Assembly (NCBI GenBank): GCA_043228905.1
Contig: JBHGNT010000008.1
Location: 18,910,001-18,974,000 of the forward strand
Direction: 5' to 3'
Source of the DNA: Azolla caroliniana
Lineage: Eukaryota > Plantae > Polypodiophyta
DNA length: 64,000 nucleotides
Positions 12,802 to 26,370 of the stretch are shown here, piece by piece; the first letter of the stretch is position 1, and every line of letters begins with the position of its first letter. Made by a program: the position numbers and the translations under genes. The notes under the pieces were generated by a model. That model searched no databases, had not been told where the DNA came from, and worked only from the letters and a program-made list of their open reading frames with translations.

Positions 12802-15800
12802 ATATGCACTTCCCCTTATCTCAAGTCTTTTAGAACATATCAATGGTGCAAGGTTCTTCACAAAGATCGACTTATGAGGAGAATATAACCTCGTACGGAT
12901 CCGACCAGGAGATGAATGGAAGACCGTGTTTCGCACCAGATATGGGCACGTCGAGTATACGGTCATGCCATTCGATCTCACTAATGCGCCAACAGTCTTC
13001 CAGAACATGGCAAATGATATATTCCGAGATCTCTTGGATGTTTGTTTGATCATCTATTTGGATGATCTATTGGTTTATTCAAAGACCCAAGAAGAGCATG
13101 ATTCTCATGTACTGTTAGTACTAAAATGACTTCGAGAACATGATTTTTATGCAAAGCTGGAAAAATGTAGTTTCGAGTGCAACCAGGTGGAATTTCTAGG
13201 ATATGTCATCTCCTCGGAAGGCATCTCCATGGATCCAGCTAAGGTCAAAACGGTGGTAGAGTGGCAGACTCCACATTCATTGCGAGATGTGCAATGATTT
13301 TTAGGCTTTGCCAATTTCTACCGCAAGTTTATACAAGATTACTCAAAGCTTGTTCGGCCTCTCATACAGCTTACCAGGAAGGGACAATCGTTTGGTCTGA
13401 AGAAGTAGACATGGCTTTTGAGAGTCTTAAGAAGGCATTTACATCAACTCCTATTCTAGCTTATGTTGATCCGGAAAAACCATTCATCATTGAGGCAGAC
13501 GCGTCGGATTTCGCCTTGGGTAGCATTCTATCACAACAAGGCGATGATGAAAAACTACATCTTGTGGCTTTCCACTCACACAAGTTTGACTCCGCCGAAA
13601 TCAACTATGAAATTCATGATAAAGAGCTTTTGGCAATAGTGGACTCTTTTACACAATGGAGGCATTTTCTAGAGGGATCTTCTCATCAAGTCACTGTATT
13701 CAATGATCACAAAAACCTTGCCTACTTTCAAAATGCTCGTGTGTTAAATCGACAACAAGCTCGGTGGACCCAATTCCTCACTCGTTTCGACTTCAAAATT
13801 AGTCATATCATCCGGGAAAGCAACAAGGGAAGGCAGATGCATTATCACGGCGCTCATATCTAGCACGACGTCCCAGCGAGCCAGCTTTTGATAACCAAAA
13901 GCAAGTAATCCTGGGACCGACACGACTGCAAGCAACGCGAGTCTTCGGTATGCCATTAGATTCCCACGTTATTGATACCATACATGAGGACTTGAAGACA
14001 GATGCTTTCACCCAAGCCATTCTAGCACAAATTGATCCCTTTCGAGCATCTTGTTCACAATCGCAACAACCAGGTACGGACTATCGACAATTCGAATGTC
14101 ATGATGGATTACTATTCTTTAAAAAACTCTTGTATGTTCCCAATGGTTCTTGTCGCCTTCGAGTAGTCCAAAACTGTCATGACACATATACATATGGGCA
14201 TTTTGGTAGTACTAAAACATTAGATTTAGTACAACAATCATTTTGGTGGCCCCATATGCGACGATTTGTCGAAGATTTTGTTCAGACTTGTGATACATGT
14301 TGCAGAGCAAAAATGCCAAGGCCTCATCCATATGGTTTATTAGAACCATTACCAATTCTAAGCAAGTCGTGGCAATCCATTGCTCTAGATTTCATCACAG
14401 ATCTTCCAGTTTCTAAGGGATTCGATGTGATCTTAACAGTCGTAGATCGATATACGACGATGGCCCATTTCCTGCCATGTACTAAGGAAATCTCCAGTGA
14501 AGAAACCGTCGAAATTGTCATGCGTGAAGTATGTCGGCATCATGGCCTCCCCGATAGTATCATCAACGACCGTGGACCCTAGTTCGTCTTCAAATTCTGG
14601 AAGCACCTCTTCAAAATGCTCAAGGTCACTTGTAACCTCTCCTCCGGCTACCACCCACAAACAGACGGCCAAGCAGAATGAACAAATCAAACGCTGGAGT
14701 AGTATCTTCGGTGCTTTCTAAGAGCTCTATCATCAAGATGATTGGGCAGATATTCTCCACTTCGCCGAATTTGCATATAATAACTCTGTCCACTCATCAA
14801 CAAAGGTCACCCCCGGTGGTGTGTATTTGAAACACCGGAGTTACCCACAAATCCTTGCGCAGAAGATCATTTGGAGCGGCTACGCAAGATACAAGCGGAT
14901 TTATCTACTCATCTACAGCAAGCTCAACAAACACACAAGGTTTACGTGGATCGTCATCAGCTTCCATCCAATTTTAACATTGGAGATCGGGTAATGGCTA
15001 CTTCGACGACACATCAAGACTACTCGCCCATGCGAGAAGTTGGATTATTGGTGATTAGGTCCTTTTCGTATTATCGAAAAGATTAATGATGTCGTTTTTC
15101 GTCTCGATCTACCTCTACAACTACGAATACATCCGGTGTTTCATAGTTCTCTCCTAGAACCCTATCAAGACAACACCATCCCATGTCGTATTAAACCACC
15201 TCCACCCTCAATCGAACTTGAAGATGGATCTAAGTACGAGGTTGCAGCCATCCTCGATTCAAAGATTGTTCGCAACAAGCTCTCCTATTTAGTCGATTGG
15301 CTAGGATATAAAGTCCTAGCGAGCGTACTTGGGAACCAATAGAGAATGTGACCAATGCTCGTGCTCTTCTTGAAGACTTCCATCACCAATATCCAGACAA
15401 ACCAGATCCTCAATCCAAAACGACTTGTGACACTCGTCGTTTTAAAGCGAGGATAGTGTCGCGATATGGCAAGATTCGAACCCAAAACCTTATGTTACAT
15501 GGGTTGAGCTCTTGACCATTAGACTATATATTGTAATACGAAAGATATTATTTTCATTTAAGGTTTACTATAGAAAATTGATGTATATTCCAAATTTCTC
15601 TAGAACATTCTAGAAACTTCAAGAGTACTCCTGAGAACACTATAAAAGGAGGCACAAGGCATTATTTCGAACCAAATCGGTTCAACGTCAGTCTTAAGCC
15701 TCCTAGCCATCCTTGTATATTCTTTCACATAATATATCGTTGTCATCATCATTCTCTCTCTCTCTCTCTCTCTCTCAAGTGTTATACACCCTCTTTTCCT

Positions 15801-15842
15801 CTTAGTACTAATTTCCTCTCTGTCTCAGTACTATTCCTAACA
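12802..15842 (+). mobile_element. 5'-truncated chromovirus pol (RT, RNase H, integrase, chromodomain) plus 3' LTR 15457-15842
   Basis: [10 protein letters not shown] and [10 protein letters not shown] (RT); EADASDFALG and YEIHDKELLAI (RNase H); HFG/CDTC and WQSIALDFITDLP (integrase); YEVAAILDSK..YLVDWLGY (chromodomain). PPT aaagcgaggatag; LTR tgtcgcg..cctaaca. Several in-frame stops. Confidence 0.92.
15464..15530 (-). other. tRNA-like A/B-box module at the very start of the chromovirus LTR, antisense
   Basis: Minus strand reads ataTAGTCTAATGGtcaagagc...aaggttttgGGTTCGAATCttg. A-box at 15516-15526 and B-box at 15473-15482, at tRNA-like spacing. Confidence 0.7.
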
Positions 15843-17100
15843 AAAACCCGTCGAATATTCCGAAGAGTGGGCCAAAGTTTGACTTTCTCGATGCGAGAAG
15901 GATCAATTTCAACTCTTCGTTCGGTTATGAGATGTCCAAGATAAGTAATTGATTTCTTGAAGAACTCACATTTTGATATCTTCGCGTAGAACTTCTTGTC
16001 GCGCAATGTTTGTAAAACAAAGCAGACATGTTTAGCAATGATGTGTATAGACTTGAAGGACATTAGGAATCTGACCTTTATGGTATGAAAGTTTTGCTTT
16101 GTTGTCGTGCTCTTTCCGTTGGAGCTTTCGAAATTGCTCTTTTGTATGACCCTTCTTTCTATGCAAAAAGGATGATGTCACTTACAATCGCGATCCATGA
16201 ATTCGTTGGGTGTCTTGCGTTTCCTAGTGAATTGCGACTGCTTAGTCCTGGGCGCTTCGTTGGGTTTGTTATGGTCCTTCGAAGAAGTGCGTTGATAGCG
16301 AAGAACTATTTCAATGGCCTCTTTGAAGGATTTTGGATCCTTATCGTGCACTATCCAATGATAGTCCGAATTGGGGATGTCGTTGACAAAACAAGCTATT
16401 AACCAGTTGTCCCCTACTAGACCCAATTTTTGGATTTGGGTTCTCGCATGTTGAACATAGTCTTCTAGCGAGGAAAACTTCATGCTAGAGAGGTTCATTA
16501 AAGCTTGTGTTGTCTCAGTTCGAGATAGAGGTTGCAGAAATTGGCCCTTGAAAACTATGACAAAATTTGTCCAGGTATCGGGCAATTTCCCCAATGTTCA
16601 GAGCCCACGCGACCAAGAGGCGGCCTTACCCCCTAGTTCTCGACCGTCATATGCAATCTTCGTACTATCTGGCGTGGGATAGAGCTCAAAATGAGACTCC
16701 CATCAGCCCAGCCACGTGCAAATTGCTTCTTCGGTTCTTTCCTTTTTTCTCCCATAAATTGCTTTACGACAAATGATGGTTCACCCTGATGCTTATCGGG
16801 TCTATTAGTGTCACGTTGTAAACTAATGACACGTGTCTCAAGAGCACTTTGAGATTGCCGAAATTCGAACATCTGATGAGCGTTGAACTATGGAAATTTT
16901 GTATTTGTAAGAAATACGACTCAATGGAGATTGGCCCAGGAGGATTTCCTTGAGTTCCTTCTACTTGAGCAAATAACATCGGGTCATTATTATGAGCCAT
17001 TGAATGATCATTTATGGCAAAGAAATAGGATAAGGTCAGACAAATAGTCATAAAATCATGTCGTGATGTAAACATATCATGGGCCAACATTAATCGATAT
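15843..17100 (-). mobile_element. Deleted Ty3/gypsy remnant (gag plus RT thumb), target of the chromovirus insertion
   Basis: LPDTWTNFVIVFKGQF is gag-like; FYAKISKCEFFKKSITYLGHLI..IDPSRIEKV is the RT end. Confidence 0.75.
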
Positions 17101-17408
17101 CATGATCTCACGTCAATACCCCTCTAGATGTATGAGATGAGGTTCAAGATCAGGTTACTATGGTAACACAAAGGTGTTTTAAAAACCATGGGGGTGACAA
17201 ATGAATGTCTTTCCCTAATCTCTATATCAATTTTTTCTTGGCGGCTCCCCAAGGCTCAACCATGTATGTTCGCGTCATGAATAGTTTGTACACGAAAAAA
17301 AATGTTAACAATAAACTATGTTTCGGCTCTTTAAGTCCTATTACGAGAACCCCGAAGTGCACTTAGACCTAAAGTCTAAACATGTATTATAGTCATATGT
17401 ATCAACAA

Positions 17409-17606
17409 TGTTGTATGGTCTTGGTCATATTTAAACTCGAGACCTTGAGAACAAATGCATTAAACACTTGAGCTAACCAAATAGGTTGCTCGTGTGGAAT
17501 GTTAACGTTTTATGCGTATAAGAGATATGTGAGGCATTTGCCCATATATGTTTTTTTAAAAGAAACATATATGTCAAGAGTCCTTATTTCCCTCTCGTTT
17601 ACCACA
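17409..17606 (+). mobile_element. Probable ~198-bp solo LTR with a degenerate antisense tRNA-like module (17422-17478)
   Basis: tgttg...accaca flanked by aacaa/aacta (4/5 TSD match). Minus strand has TAGCTCAAGTG...aaggtctcgagtttaaat. TATA-like tataaga near 17517. Confidence 0.5.
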
Positions 17607-18129
17607 AACTATGTTAGTACGTTACCTAACCTCAAGTCTCATAATTACGATGGCATACGCCAAAGTGCAACCTAATGGTCAAGCCAAATGAGTCGGCCCA
17701 TCACATGGTTACGTCATTATGAATGCCTTTCGTAAGAATGATCTCATGGTGGCATCGTATCCATATAATGAGGGAGGGATATTGGATATGTGTGCCTTAG
17801 GAACGACCTCACATGAAGTGGGTGAAGCCCTATGTTCTCAACATCATTGTGGCTATAATCATTTCGTTACGTAACGAAATCGAAGTGACCAACGGGGATG
17901 TCAACAAAAATAATTGTTGAAAAAAGGATGGTGATTATGTCATTCTCACAAAAATGTGAGGACGGCCACCAAGATCCTTTCCTCGAATATACACATACGA
18001 TATAGAAATCACGTAATAACTAATATACACATGTATAGTTATCACATATATACGACCAAATACGTATACATGTGACCACATGCATATATTAAAAAAATTG
18101 TAATATCAAATAGCCAGCAATGATGTAAA

Positions 18130-18395
18130 CGAGATACGTAATTGAGGCATATAACCTCTACGCACATGAAACATCCAAAAATAAGGGTTGATCGTAATAC
18201 GCAATTGAGGTAGTAACCTCTTACACATACGGCACCAAACACATATCATTTACTTAGAAATTGAGGTATTGACCTCATGCATACATAACATATGTATGTG
18301 AACGTAATACGCAATTGAAGTATTAACCTCGTACGCATACAACACGAATCACACATCAAATATATGTGAAATTAGGTATTGATCTCATACACATA
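18130..18395. repeat. Five ~54-63-bp tandem units with a conserved core aattgaggtattgacctc
   Basis: Cores at ~18140, 18203, 18259, 18313 and 18370. Confidence 0.75.
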
Positions 18396-18469
18396 TGAAT
18401 ACGTTTTATACAACCAATCTGTTACCACTACAACATCATTGAATCAATAAAGAAAAAACATATTGACTA

Positions 18470-19461
18470 TACATGATTAGATTGGGAGAAGAAAGAATAG
18501 AAAAAAAAACAAGAAAGAGTTACCAAAGTTCCTTTGTTGATCGTTATCTGGATCAAGGTCGACCGCACATCGATCGATCACCATCCATCAAGAAGACAAC
18601 AAAAACTAACAAAAGAAACATTAGAAACATAAGCTCTGATACCAATTGTTAGAGTGATGATCTAATGTGAGCATATGATGGGATATAATATATATGAAAT
18701 AAGAAAGGAGAGAGAAAAAGAAGGGTGTTGATCCACCCGAGCAAAGGGATCGAGACGGACCCGAGCCTCGATCGGCGTCCCATACCACCGTCATGGCGTC
18801 GAGTCATACTTGGTGATGGCATGTATACATGACCATATACATGATTAGATGGGAGAATAAAAAATACAAAAAAAAACAAGAAAGAGTTACCGAAGTTCTT
18901 TTGTCGATCGCTATTTGGATCAAGGTCGACCGCACGTCGATCGATCACCATCCATCAAGAAGACAAAAACAAACAAAGGAAACATTAGAAACATAAGCTC
19001 AGATACCAATTGTTAGAGTTATGATCTAAAGTAAGCATATGATAAGGATAAAAGATAGATAGATAGAAAGGAGAGAGACTCAAAGGGTGTCGATCCACCC
19101 AACCACCCCCAATCGAAGGGATCAAGATGGACTCGAGCCTCGATCGGCGTCCCATACCACCGTCGTGGCGTCGAGTCATACCTAGTGCTGGCGCGCTCGC
19201 TACAAGAGTTGGCCCACCACGAAACAGAGTCTCGACGTAGTCAAGAGATGATGAAATAAGGGTAGTTAGGCCTCATATTTATAGTGAGACCCAAGGCCCC
19301 CAGGCAAGTTCACACTTGGCCTAATGGGTTGTCTCAATCCCAAGGATTAAAAGTAATCCTCCCCTTCTTTACACTCTTGTTTAACCCTCACACTTATCCT
19401 CATGTATAGAATACTACGATAAATTCTCACCACGGGATATTATATGGTCATGCCCGTAACA
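18470..19461 (-). mobile_element. LTR (19011-19461) plus tRNA-iMet PBS and leader, with a tandem duplicate of the LTR-end/PBS/leader unit
   Basis: gctc(t/a)gatacca at 18633-18644 and 18997-19008, each next to tgttagag; LTR termini tgtta...taaca; repeat period 364 bp. Confidence 0.8.
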
Positions 19462-20939
19462 ATCTTTGCACACCAACCTCATGGAAGAAAAACTAAGTAA
19501 AAAAACAAACTTTTAGTAAGGATACCGAAAGATGTTACATCTTTGCCATTGTTGCTAAAGATTAAAACCACCGCTTGAAGCTTTTGGTAAGCTCCCACGA
19601 CTATTGCATAGAAAAACCAGTGTTACCTTTCTTTGATTTTGTTGTTCTTTTTTTTTACTTTTCATCATAATTTACATCGGTAAATCATCATTAGTGAAGC
19701 GTAGTGTTCATTTTGATTTTTTTCCTTTCTAAGAGTTATAGCAAAATCTTGACATGTTTTTTGATGTCATGTAAAAGGGGTCAAGGTTCTCTAGTTCTTC
19801 CTCCCAATCTACCTCCCTATCTCCTAAGGCTTGTACGTTACAAGAACAAGCGATCATTGGAATAGAATGCATTTGCCTTTTGCTCTTTTTCTTGGACTTC
19901 ACTAGATGGATTGACTCCTAGGATGCTTTCACTATATTTACGAAGTGATACTCAATAATGTGTCCTCTGCAATGTAAGTAGTTTAGACCTCTTATACTTT
20001 ATTTTGATCCAACGCAATGGAAGTTTGGGTAGTGTTAGATCCAAAGTAGTTTCGTTGTCTAGGTGTTCTAATTCCTATCTATTGGGGGTTCCTTTAAGCT
20101 GACCTTATTGAAGAGAAGTATTGATCATACAATGCTCAAAGTAAAGCTAACAAATAGTACAATAATAATTACCTAATGATGCATGTTCATGAAAAAACCA
20201 ATGCATTCATTCAACTAGCAATGGGCCCGATTTCGGCTCAAACCGAACCGAACCATTAAGCCATGGTTTAAAGGTTTATAAGTTCCAAAATAATTAAATA
20301 GTTTGGTTTGGTTTTAATTATTATTAAACGGTTTGATTTTAGTTTGGTTTGGTTTGATTTTAGTTTGGTTTGGTTTGGCTCCTTATTTTTCACATACAAG
20401 GCTACATATTCCACATAATGATATGGATATACTATTGCAACACAAAAGTCTTGGGTCAATTGAGATTAATCAAAAACCTTGACACATTAAAATTTAGAAC
20501 AATGAAGTCCCACAAAGTTAGATCAAACATAAAACTCTTTATCATAGATTAGAATGCCTTAAATTTGCTACAGATTTCAATGTCGGTAGATTTGATCCTA
20601 TCTTTTATATAACACTCTCAGTAACATCTTGGGCATTATGTGGCACCAAAAGACCAATTACGCATTGTGTAACGAAATAAAGGTTTTCATGATATTACAT
20701 AGCAATTACATTCTTTTCAATATTTCATGCCATCTTAATGAAATATGGCAAAGAATGATATTTTACATGAATAGTGTTTAAATGTTATGCATTATTTTGC
20801 AAAGATGAAGCTTTCCATATGGCTTACAAATTACAAATTTCATGTTATGCTTTTATATGTAAGAGACGTTATAGTGTGATTTCTCAAATAGCAATGTTCT
20901 GTATATGTTTTGTTTTTTGAATACATAATCAGGTGTTGA

Positions 20940-21519
20940 TTATTGTGCCGCCCCATTGTTTTCTGCCTTGACCATCGGCTTTTTGCATTTTTGAATCTCT
21001 AGAGTCACCTACAGTTTCAAAATATGTGCATGCATAAATAAAAAACATGCAATATCACATGGTTGTTTTTTTGCCAAATAACCAAGCTTCAATACTACAT
21101 TTACGTATTATACACAATGCAAGATTAGGGGTTTTAAAGGCCTTCATGTGAAGGTATAGGTCTCCAAGACAACAATGATGAATGTTCAAGACTAAGATGA
21201 TAAAATGTGTGATGAATTTTGAATTTTTATTTACCTTCATATGCGCAGGATGGGTTCCAATGGCAGCCATAACCTGCAAGTGCAGGTAGCAATGGTTTGC
21301 ATCAAAAAACTCCAAAGCAACAAGTTGTGTATAATATGTATAATATGCGCTCGCACTACAAGTACTATGTCTTGGGTTCAAAACCCAATTATCTCACCTC
21401 TCAATTACATACTTCATATATATCTCTTTTAATTCACTAGATGCCATTGTGGAATGTAGGGGTTGAACCCATGACCTCCTGGTCTCCATTGGGCAACCTT
21501 ACCAACTGAGCTATATCCA

Positions 21520-21563
<44 letters not shown>

Positions 21564-23650
21564 AGTCCCTGGGTTCAAAGTTCAACTCTAGAATATAGGG
21601 GTTGAGCGCACTACCTCCTGAACTCTCTCTCTCTCTCTCTCTAAAATACAAAATTTGACATCTGTTTTGGACCATATTTATGTATAGTCTATATGCATTG
21701 CATTCATACATGCACAAAACACACATATTATGAAAAGAAATAGCTCACCGTATCGAATTTTTCACCAAATACACCCAATCGCACGATTTGCATTCCTTTA
21801 CGAACTTTTACTCCTTGATAGATCTCTTCCGTCCCATACACAATTGCACTTGTTGCAATCAATTGATCACCAACATCCACCAAACCCGATTTGTCAGCAT
21901 TCCCATCTTTTACAACTTCAGCCACAAAAATGTTCCCTACCTTGTCTTCCTCCAGAATAATACCTGCATTGCAGACAGAAATGCTTAAAAACTTTTGAGG
22001 TAGTTTGAACAAATTTTCCCACGTAAAATATTAGAAATAAAGATACTAAAACAACCCTAGCTTGTTTTGGATTAGACAAATAGGAAACCACTAAGCTTTC
22101 AAACAGTTACAGAAATACCAGTCTAGCATAACAAATTTTTTGAGCCAGAATGCATGATTCTCCACATAATTTTTTGAAGCAAAAACATCATAATACCCTA
22201 ACTTGTTTTTGGACTATTTAATTGGATATACCTAAGTTCTCAAAAATCGCTGTAAGACTTCTCTGAAGCATCAACTTTTGTACTACCACAGGAGAGGTAT
22301 TTTGTTAGTTATTTTAAATGAATGTGAAAGGTAATATTGTAGATACACAAAATCAAGTTTCAGCTAAAAAAAAATTCTTGACCCCAAAATATGATTTAAG
22401 GCATGATTTGCAAAATCACGTCACTAGAGAATCATGTGATATCACTAATGAAAACTTTAATAAAGAAAAATAAATAAATAATAGAAGCATTATATAGGAA
22501 TGCCAAGATTTGCAATGAGAAAATAATGGAAAATATCTAACTCACCAAGTGGTTTCTTCAATTCAACTTTCAGCCTTGAGCAACCAGGAGGCGGGAAAGA
22601 ATCCAAATTTGGTTCTTTGTCTTTGAAAGGTGTCACTTCTCCAGAATCCATTGATGCACATAAAGCTTTATGATGATGCATCATCCCTCTATTACATAAT
22701 GGCCCAAAAATACGTGCACAATAAAATGCATCAATACGTCTATCCTTTCGGAAATTTGTCCCCTTCGAAGTATGGATCGATCCTGAGTTCAATCGCAAAA
22801 TAAGTTACTTCAGCCACAAACATCCAAATCCCAATATATATATACAAAGCAAACGTCTTTATTCCTAAAACAAATCAAATCAATAAAATCTTACAAATAC
22901 ATCTCAATTTGCTAATCCTCAGAACAAAACTAATTTGTCTGAGAATTGAAATATTTGTTACAATCTCAACGATTATACCCAAAACAGATGTACTATGTCA
23001 TCATGTCAGTTGATTTTTGAAAATGTGTTGAATAGACTTTGCTCTTAGGTATAAATAAATTTCACGTCTCTTAATTAACGAGTGTTAAATATAATTACAT
23101 CCTAGTTGGTCCAATCTCCTAATAAAATCACTTGTTCTTCTCTTGATTTTAATGGATCTCTTCCAGCACGATATTTACTGAAGCCAAAAGAAATATTTTC
23201 ATCTTCATGGGCGAAAATTTCTCTACCTCAATATATAAAAAAAATTCCACGTGAGGCAGAAATGATGGTTTTCCTACCGTCTCTTATAAAATCATCCAGA
23301 AACACTTTTTCGACATAGCCACAAAGGTTGGTCCTCGGCTCTCTCTCTCTCTCTCTCTCTCTCTGGATGTTGCAGGGGTGAAATATACTGCAGGATCAAA
23401 GTTCATGGAATTGAGAAAAACCCAAGTTCAATCCTCGTCATGGGCTCAGTCCCATCCCTTAGATCAAATTCAGTCCCCGGTACAGGTTCAAATCACAATG
23501 TTTGCACACTTCTTTTGTTACACCACATATCACTTCTCTCAATCTACAAGCCATACCCATGTTATCCAATTGGTGCATCAAACTAATAACAAGCAAAAAC
23601 TTTTCGGTAGATGCATTCTTCGGTAATATCATCATGACTCTTGAAGCCAT
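20940..23650 (-). CDS. Small PDZ-domain protein, possibly organelle-targeted. Exons: 23650-23557 (tentative), 22782-22546, 21963-21749, 21273-21235, 21008-20940
   Basis: Spliced product ..[75 protein letters not shown] has a PDZ pattern. GT/AG boundaries are phase-compatible. Confidence 0.8.
21457..21519 (-). other. tRNA-like module in an intron of the PDZ gene, near-identical to 3463-3525, next to (CT)n
   Basis: aacccatgacctcctggtctccattgggcaaccttaccaactgagcta is shared with the 3.5-kb copy. The B-box reads GGTTCAACCCC on the minus strand. Confidence 0.75.
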
Positions 23651-23886
23651 GGGCAGTGGCTATACCAAACCTCAGGGGTCTCCAAACAGATGGCAGGAAC
23701 CATCTGAATTATGGTTCATCAACATTCTCTCTTTTTCCTGTATTAGGGTTATATCCCAGTACAAATCTCACTCTATAAAACTGCTTCACTAGCTGATCCT
23801 GTGGAATGGACTCGCGGGCTTCTGGTCTTCACGTCAGACAACGTTGCCGACTAAGCCAAAACCCTCCAGGCAGTTGTAGCTCAGTT

Positions 23887-23946
<60 letters not shown>

Positions 23947-24149
23947 CACACCTGAAGAGCTCTGTCTTTCTTGTCGAAGAGGTAGCGGCGGTGGTAGGGG
24001 TTGCAGTAGCAGAGCTTCCATAGCCTCATGAGGGGTTCTCAGGACACCATAGGATAAAGAAAAAGCAAGCTCCTGCTTAGCTTCTTGGAATTCATCTCCA
24101 CCCATCCATTCGATCCTCGCCACATGTGGATGATCATGTCAAAATCCGT

Positions 24150-24432
24150 TTCTGTTTTGCTTTTTTTGCTTTTTTTGCTTTTTGTTCTCTGCTTTTTGCT
24201 TTTTGTTCTCTGCTCTTTTGCTCTTTGATTTTGCTTTCTGCTTTCTGCTTTTTGCTTTTTGCTTTTTGCTTTTTGCTTTTTGCTCTTTGCTCTTTGCTCT
24301 TTCTTGCTTTTATCTTTTAGCTTTTTACTTCTGCCTCTTTGCCCTTTGCTCTATGTTCTTTTTTTTGCTATTTGCTCTTTGCCCTTTCTTGCTTTTATCT
24401 TTTTGCTCTTTGCTTTAGGTCTTATTTGCTTT
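24150..24432. repeat. Degenerate (TTTTGC)n simple repeat
   Basis: Repeated tttttgc/tctttgc units. Confidence 0.85.
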
Positions 24433-26370
24433 TTGTCCCAATCCACCGAGACCTGAGGTAGACCATGACTTGTTGATCAACTAGGGACTCAGATCCCAAC
24501 CAAGAAATGTGTCGTTACTGTGCTAACTGGGAAGTAAAAACATTTAGTAGCTCAACAAACCCTTTCATATGCGTTCGATTAAATACATGTGTGTTCTTTG
24601 TCAAATCCTTACTTTTATATAAATCGCCAAAGTGTTCCGACAAATATGCATGGTTCTTCTCTTTCAGAATTGTTGTCCTAATTGCTTCAATGCTTTTGAA
24701 TAATAGCAAGTGAAACGCCTAGATAGTAATAAAATGGGCAAGAAAGTGTCTCCAAATCTTCACCTTTTATGTTCAACTAGACTAATAACAAATTATTAGT
24801 AATTTGTAGCAATTGAAGTCAGATTTCTCTAACTATTCTGGTCAAAACTTCCAGGGGACCTCGTCACTTTTCACATTCTTCTTCAATAAGTTGATCATGT
24901 TATTCTCTTAGGGATTTTCTTCTTCATAGCTTAAGCTTGATATTCCTAGCGCTTCGATATTTGAAATATATTAATACTTTCTGCAACACAAACAAGCCAA
25001 TGTGTTGGTCAAAAAAGACTACTGGGAGTAAGAGTTGAAAGTGACTACTACCCAACCAGATGATCTATCCTCTTCTCTTTCCCAAGTCCTCGATACAATA
25101 ACAAAGCCTTTGCATACACATCGAGACTTCAAGGTTTTGATGCTATATCCATAACATTAGAAATAAGTTGGTAAGTGCATGCACACAATGAGATGCACAT
25201 GGGAAGAAGCTACGAGCATCTCTCGAATCATATGTATATTTAACCGTTTCAATGAATTTGTTTCCTACGTTATTTATGTCTAAACCATTTCATATATATA
25301 TATATATATGGGCTAACATTTATAATAATACTAATAAACACATTCAATTCAATGTACAACAAATCTAGGTATGACGATTAAAGGTTCCAAATACTTAAAA
25401 AGTATACTCACTAACTACGACAATTTAAAACGAATTTCAAGCATAAAACAACATACATTCATGCAAGCTACTTGAACACAGTTTCATGTAATGGACATTT
25501 TCAAGTGCATAGAAGCATAGATTGTAGTAACGATTGAACAAGAAAAAATATTCGAGTGCTTGCAAGAGATTTAGCTACTTTTTATTAGGGGTACAAAATT
25601 TACTTTGCAATAGATATCTACTAAGATTAACTTGATATATCTGGAAATCGAATTAGGCATCAATAGAACAGATTGCATAGTAGAAGTATTAAAATACATC
25701 TTATACAGGTACATTTTTGGAAGTATGTACTCAGATTGTCATTAGGAACCACAACTCCCGTGGTTTTGCTGTCTTTGTAGGTTGTCCCTTACTTCATGCA
25801 TGGTTTTCGTCCAATCGTGATTGGAATAGCATCACAAAATCAGGCATCGTTCCATCTCGTTCTGAGCATAAATGGAGCACAGAACTTCAAAATCAAAACA
25901 CGATCAAAGACCCAAGTAAACCCAAGGAGATGCCTCCAAGAATCGGATAGCATATACAAATTTTAAAATAAAGTAAAAATGCAAGTTAAATAACTCAGAC
26001 TGTGTGCAATGGGATTTCATATACACATCGATATTTAAGGAATTTTACAAAGATAAGAAGCTTCAATGTTGCTGAAGACCGAGAAGTAGCCCAAGAAAAC
26101 ACATGATACAAATGGCATAATCCTCAGGCACCATACATTTGAAGTAAAGGGGAGAGTAGATCCTGGTTATTGCATTCAAATATATAGTCATGAGTTCAAC
26201 TCCCAGTACTCGCACTGCCAAATAGCAATCGATGTCCCCCATAAAGAGAAATTAAGGATGATACATCTAAAAGTATTCATTTCAATCTCTCGGTTATAAT
26301 GAACAATAAATAGCAATCCATCTCTCCATAAAGCGAAAAAATAAAGCACACATTTCTCAACTATTTGTTT

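Noticed and set aside
4585-12806. gtatg/atatg as a true TSD of the whole palindrome
   Set aside because: There is one mismatch, the left pentamer is part of an LTR-derived duplicate, and the two flanks belong to different elements.
18130-18395. CRISPR array
   Set aside because: The context is eukaryotic, the cores are degenerate, the spacers are related to each other, and there are no cas genes.
20225-20380. MITE/hAT end with AACCG/GGTTT subterminal repeats
   Set aside because: The repeats are present, but no matching TIR pair or TSD was identified.
24500-25000. Possible DNA-transposase remnant
   Set aside because: Only short ORF pieces with no motif I can recognise.
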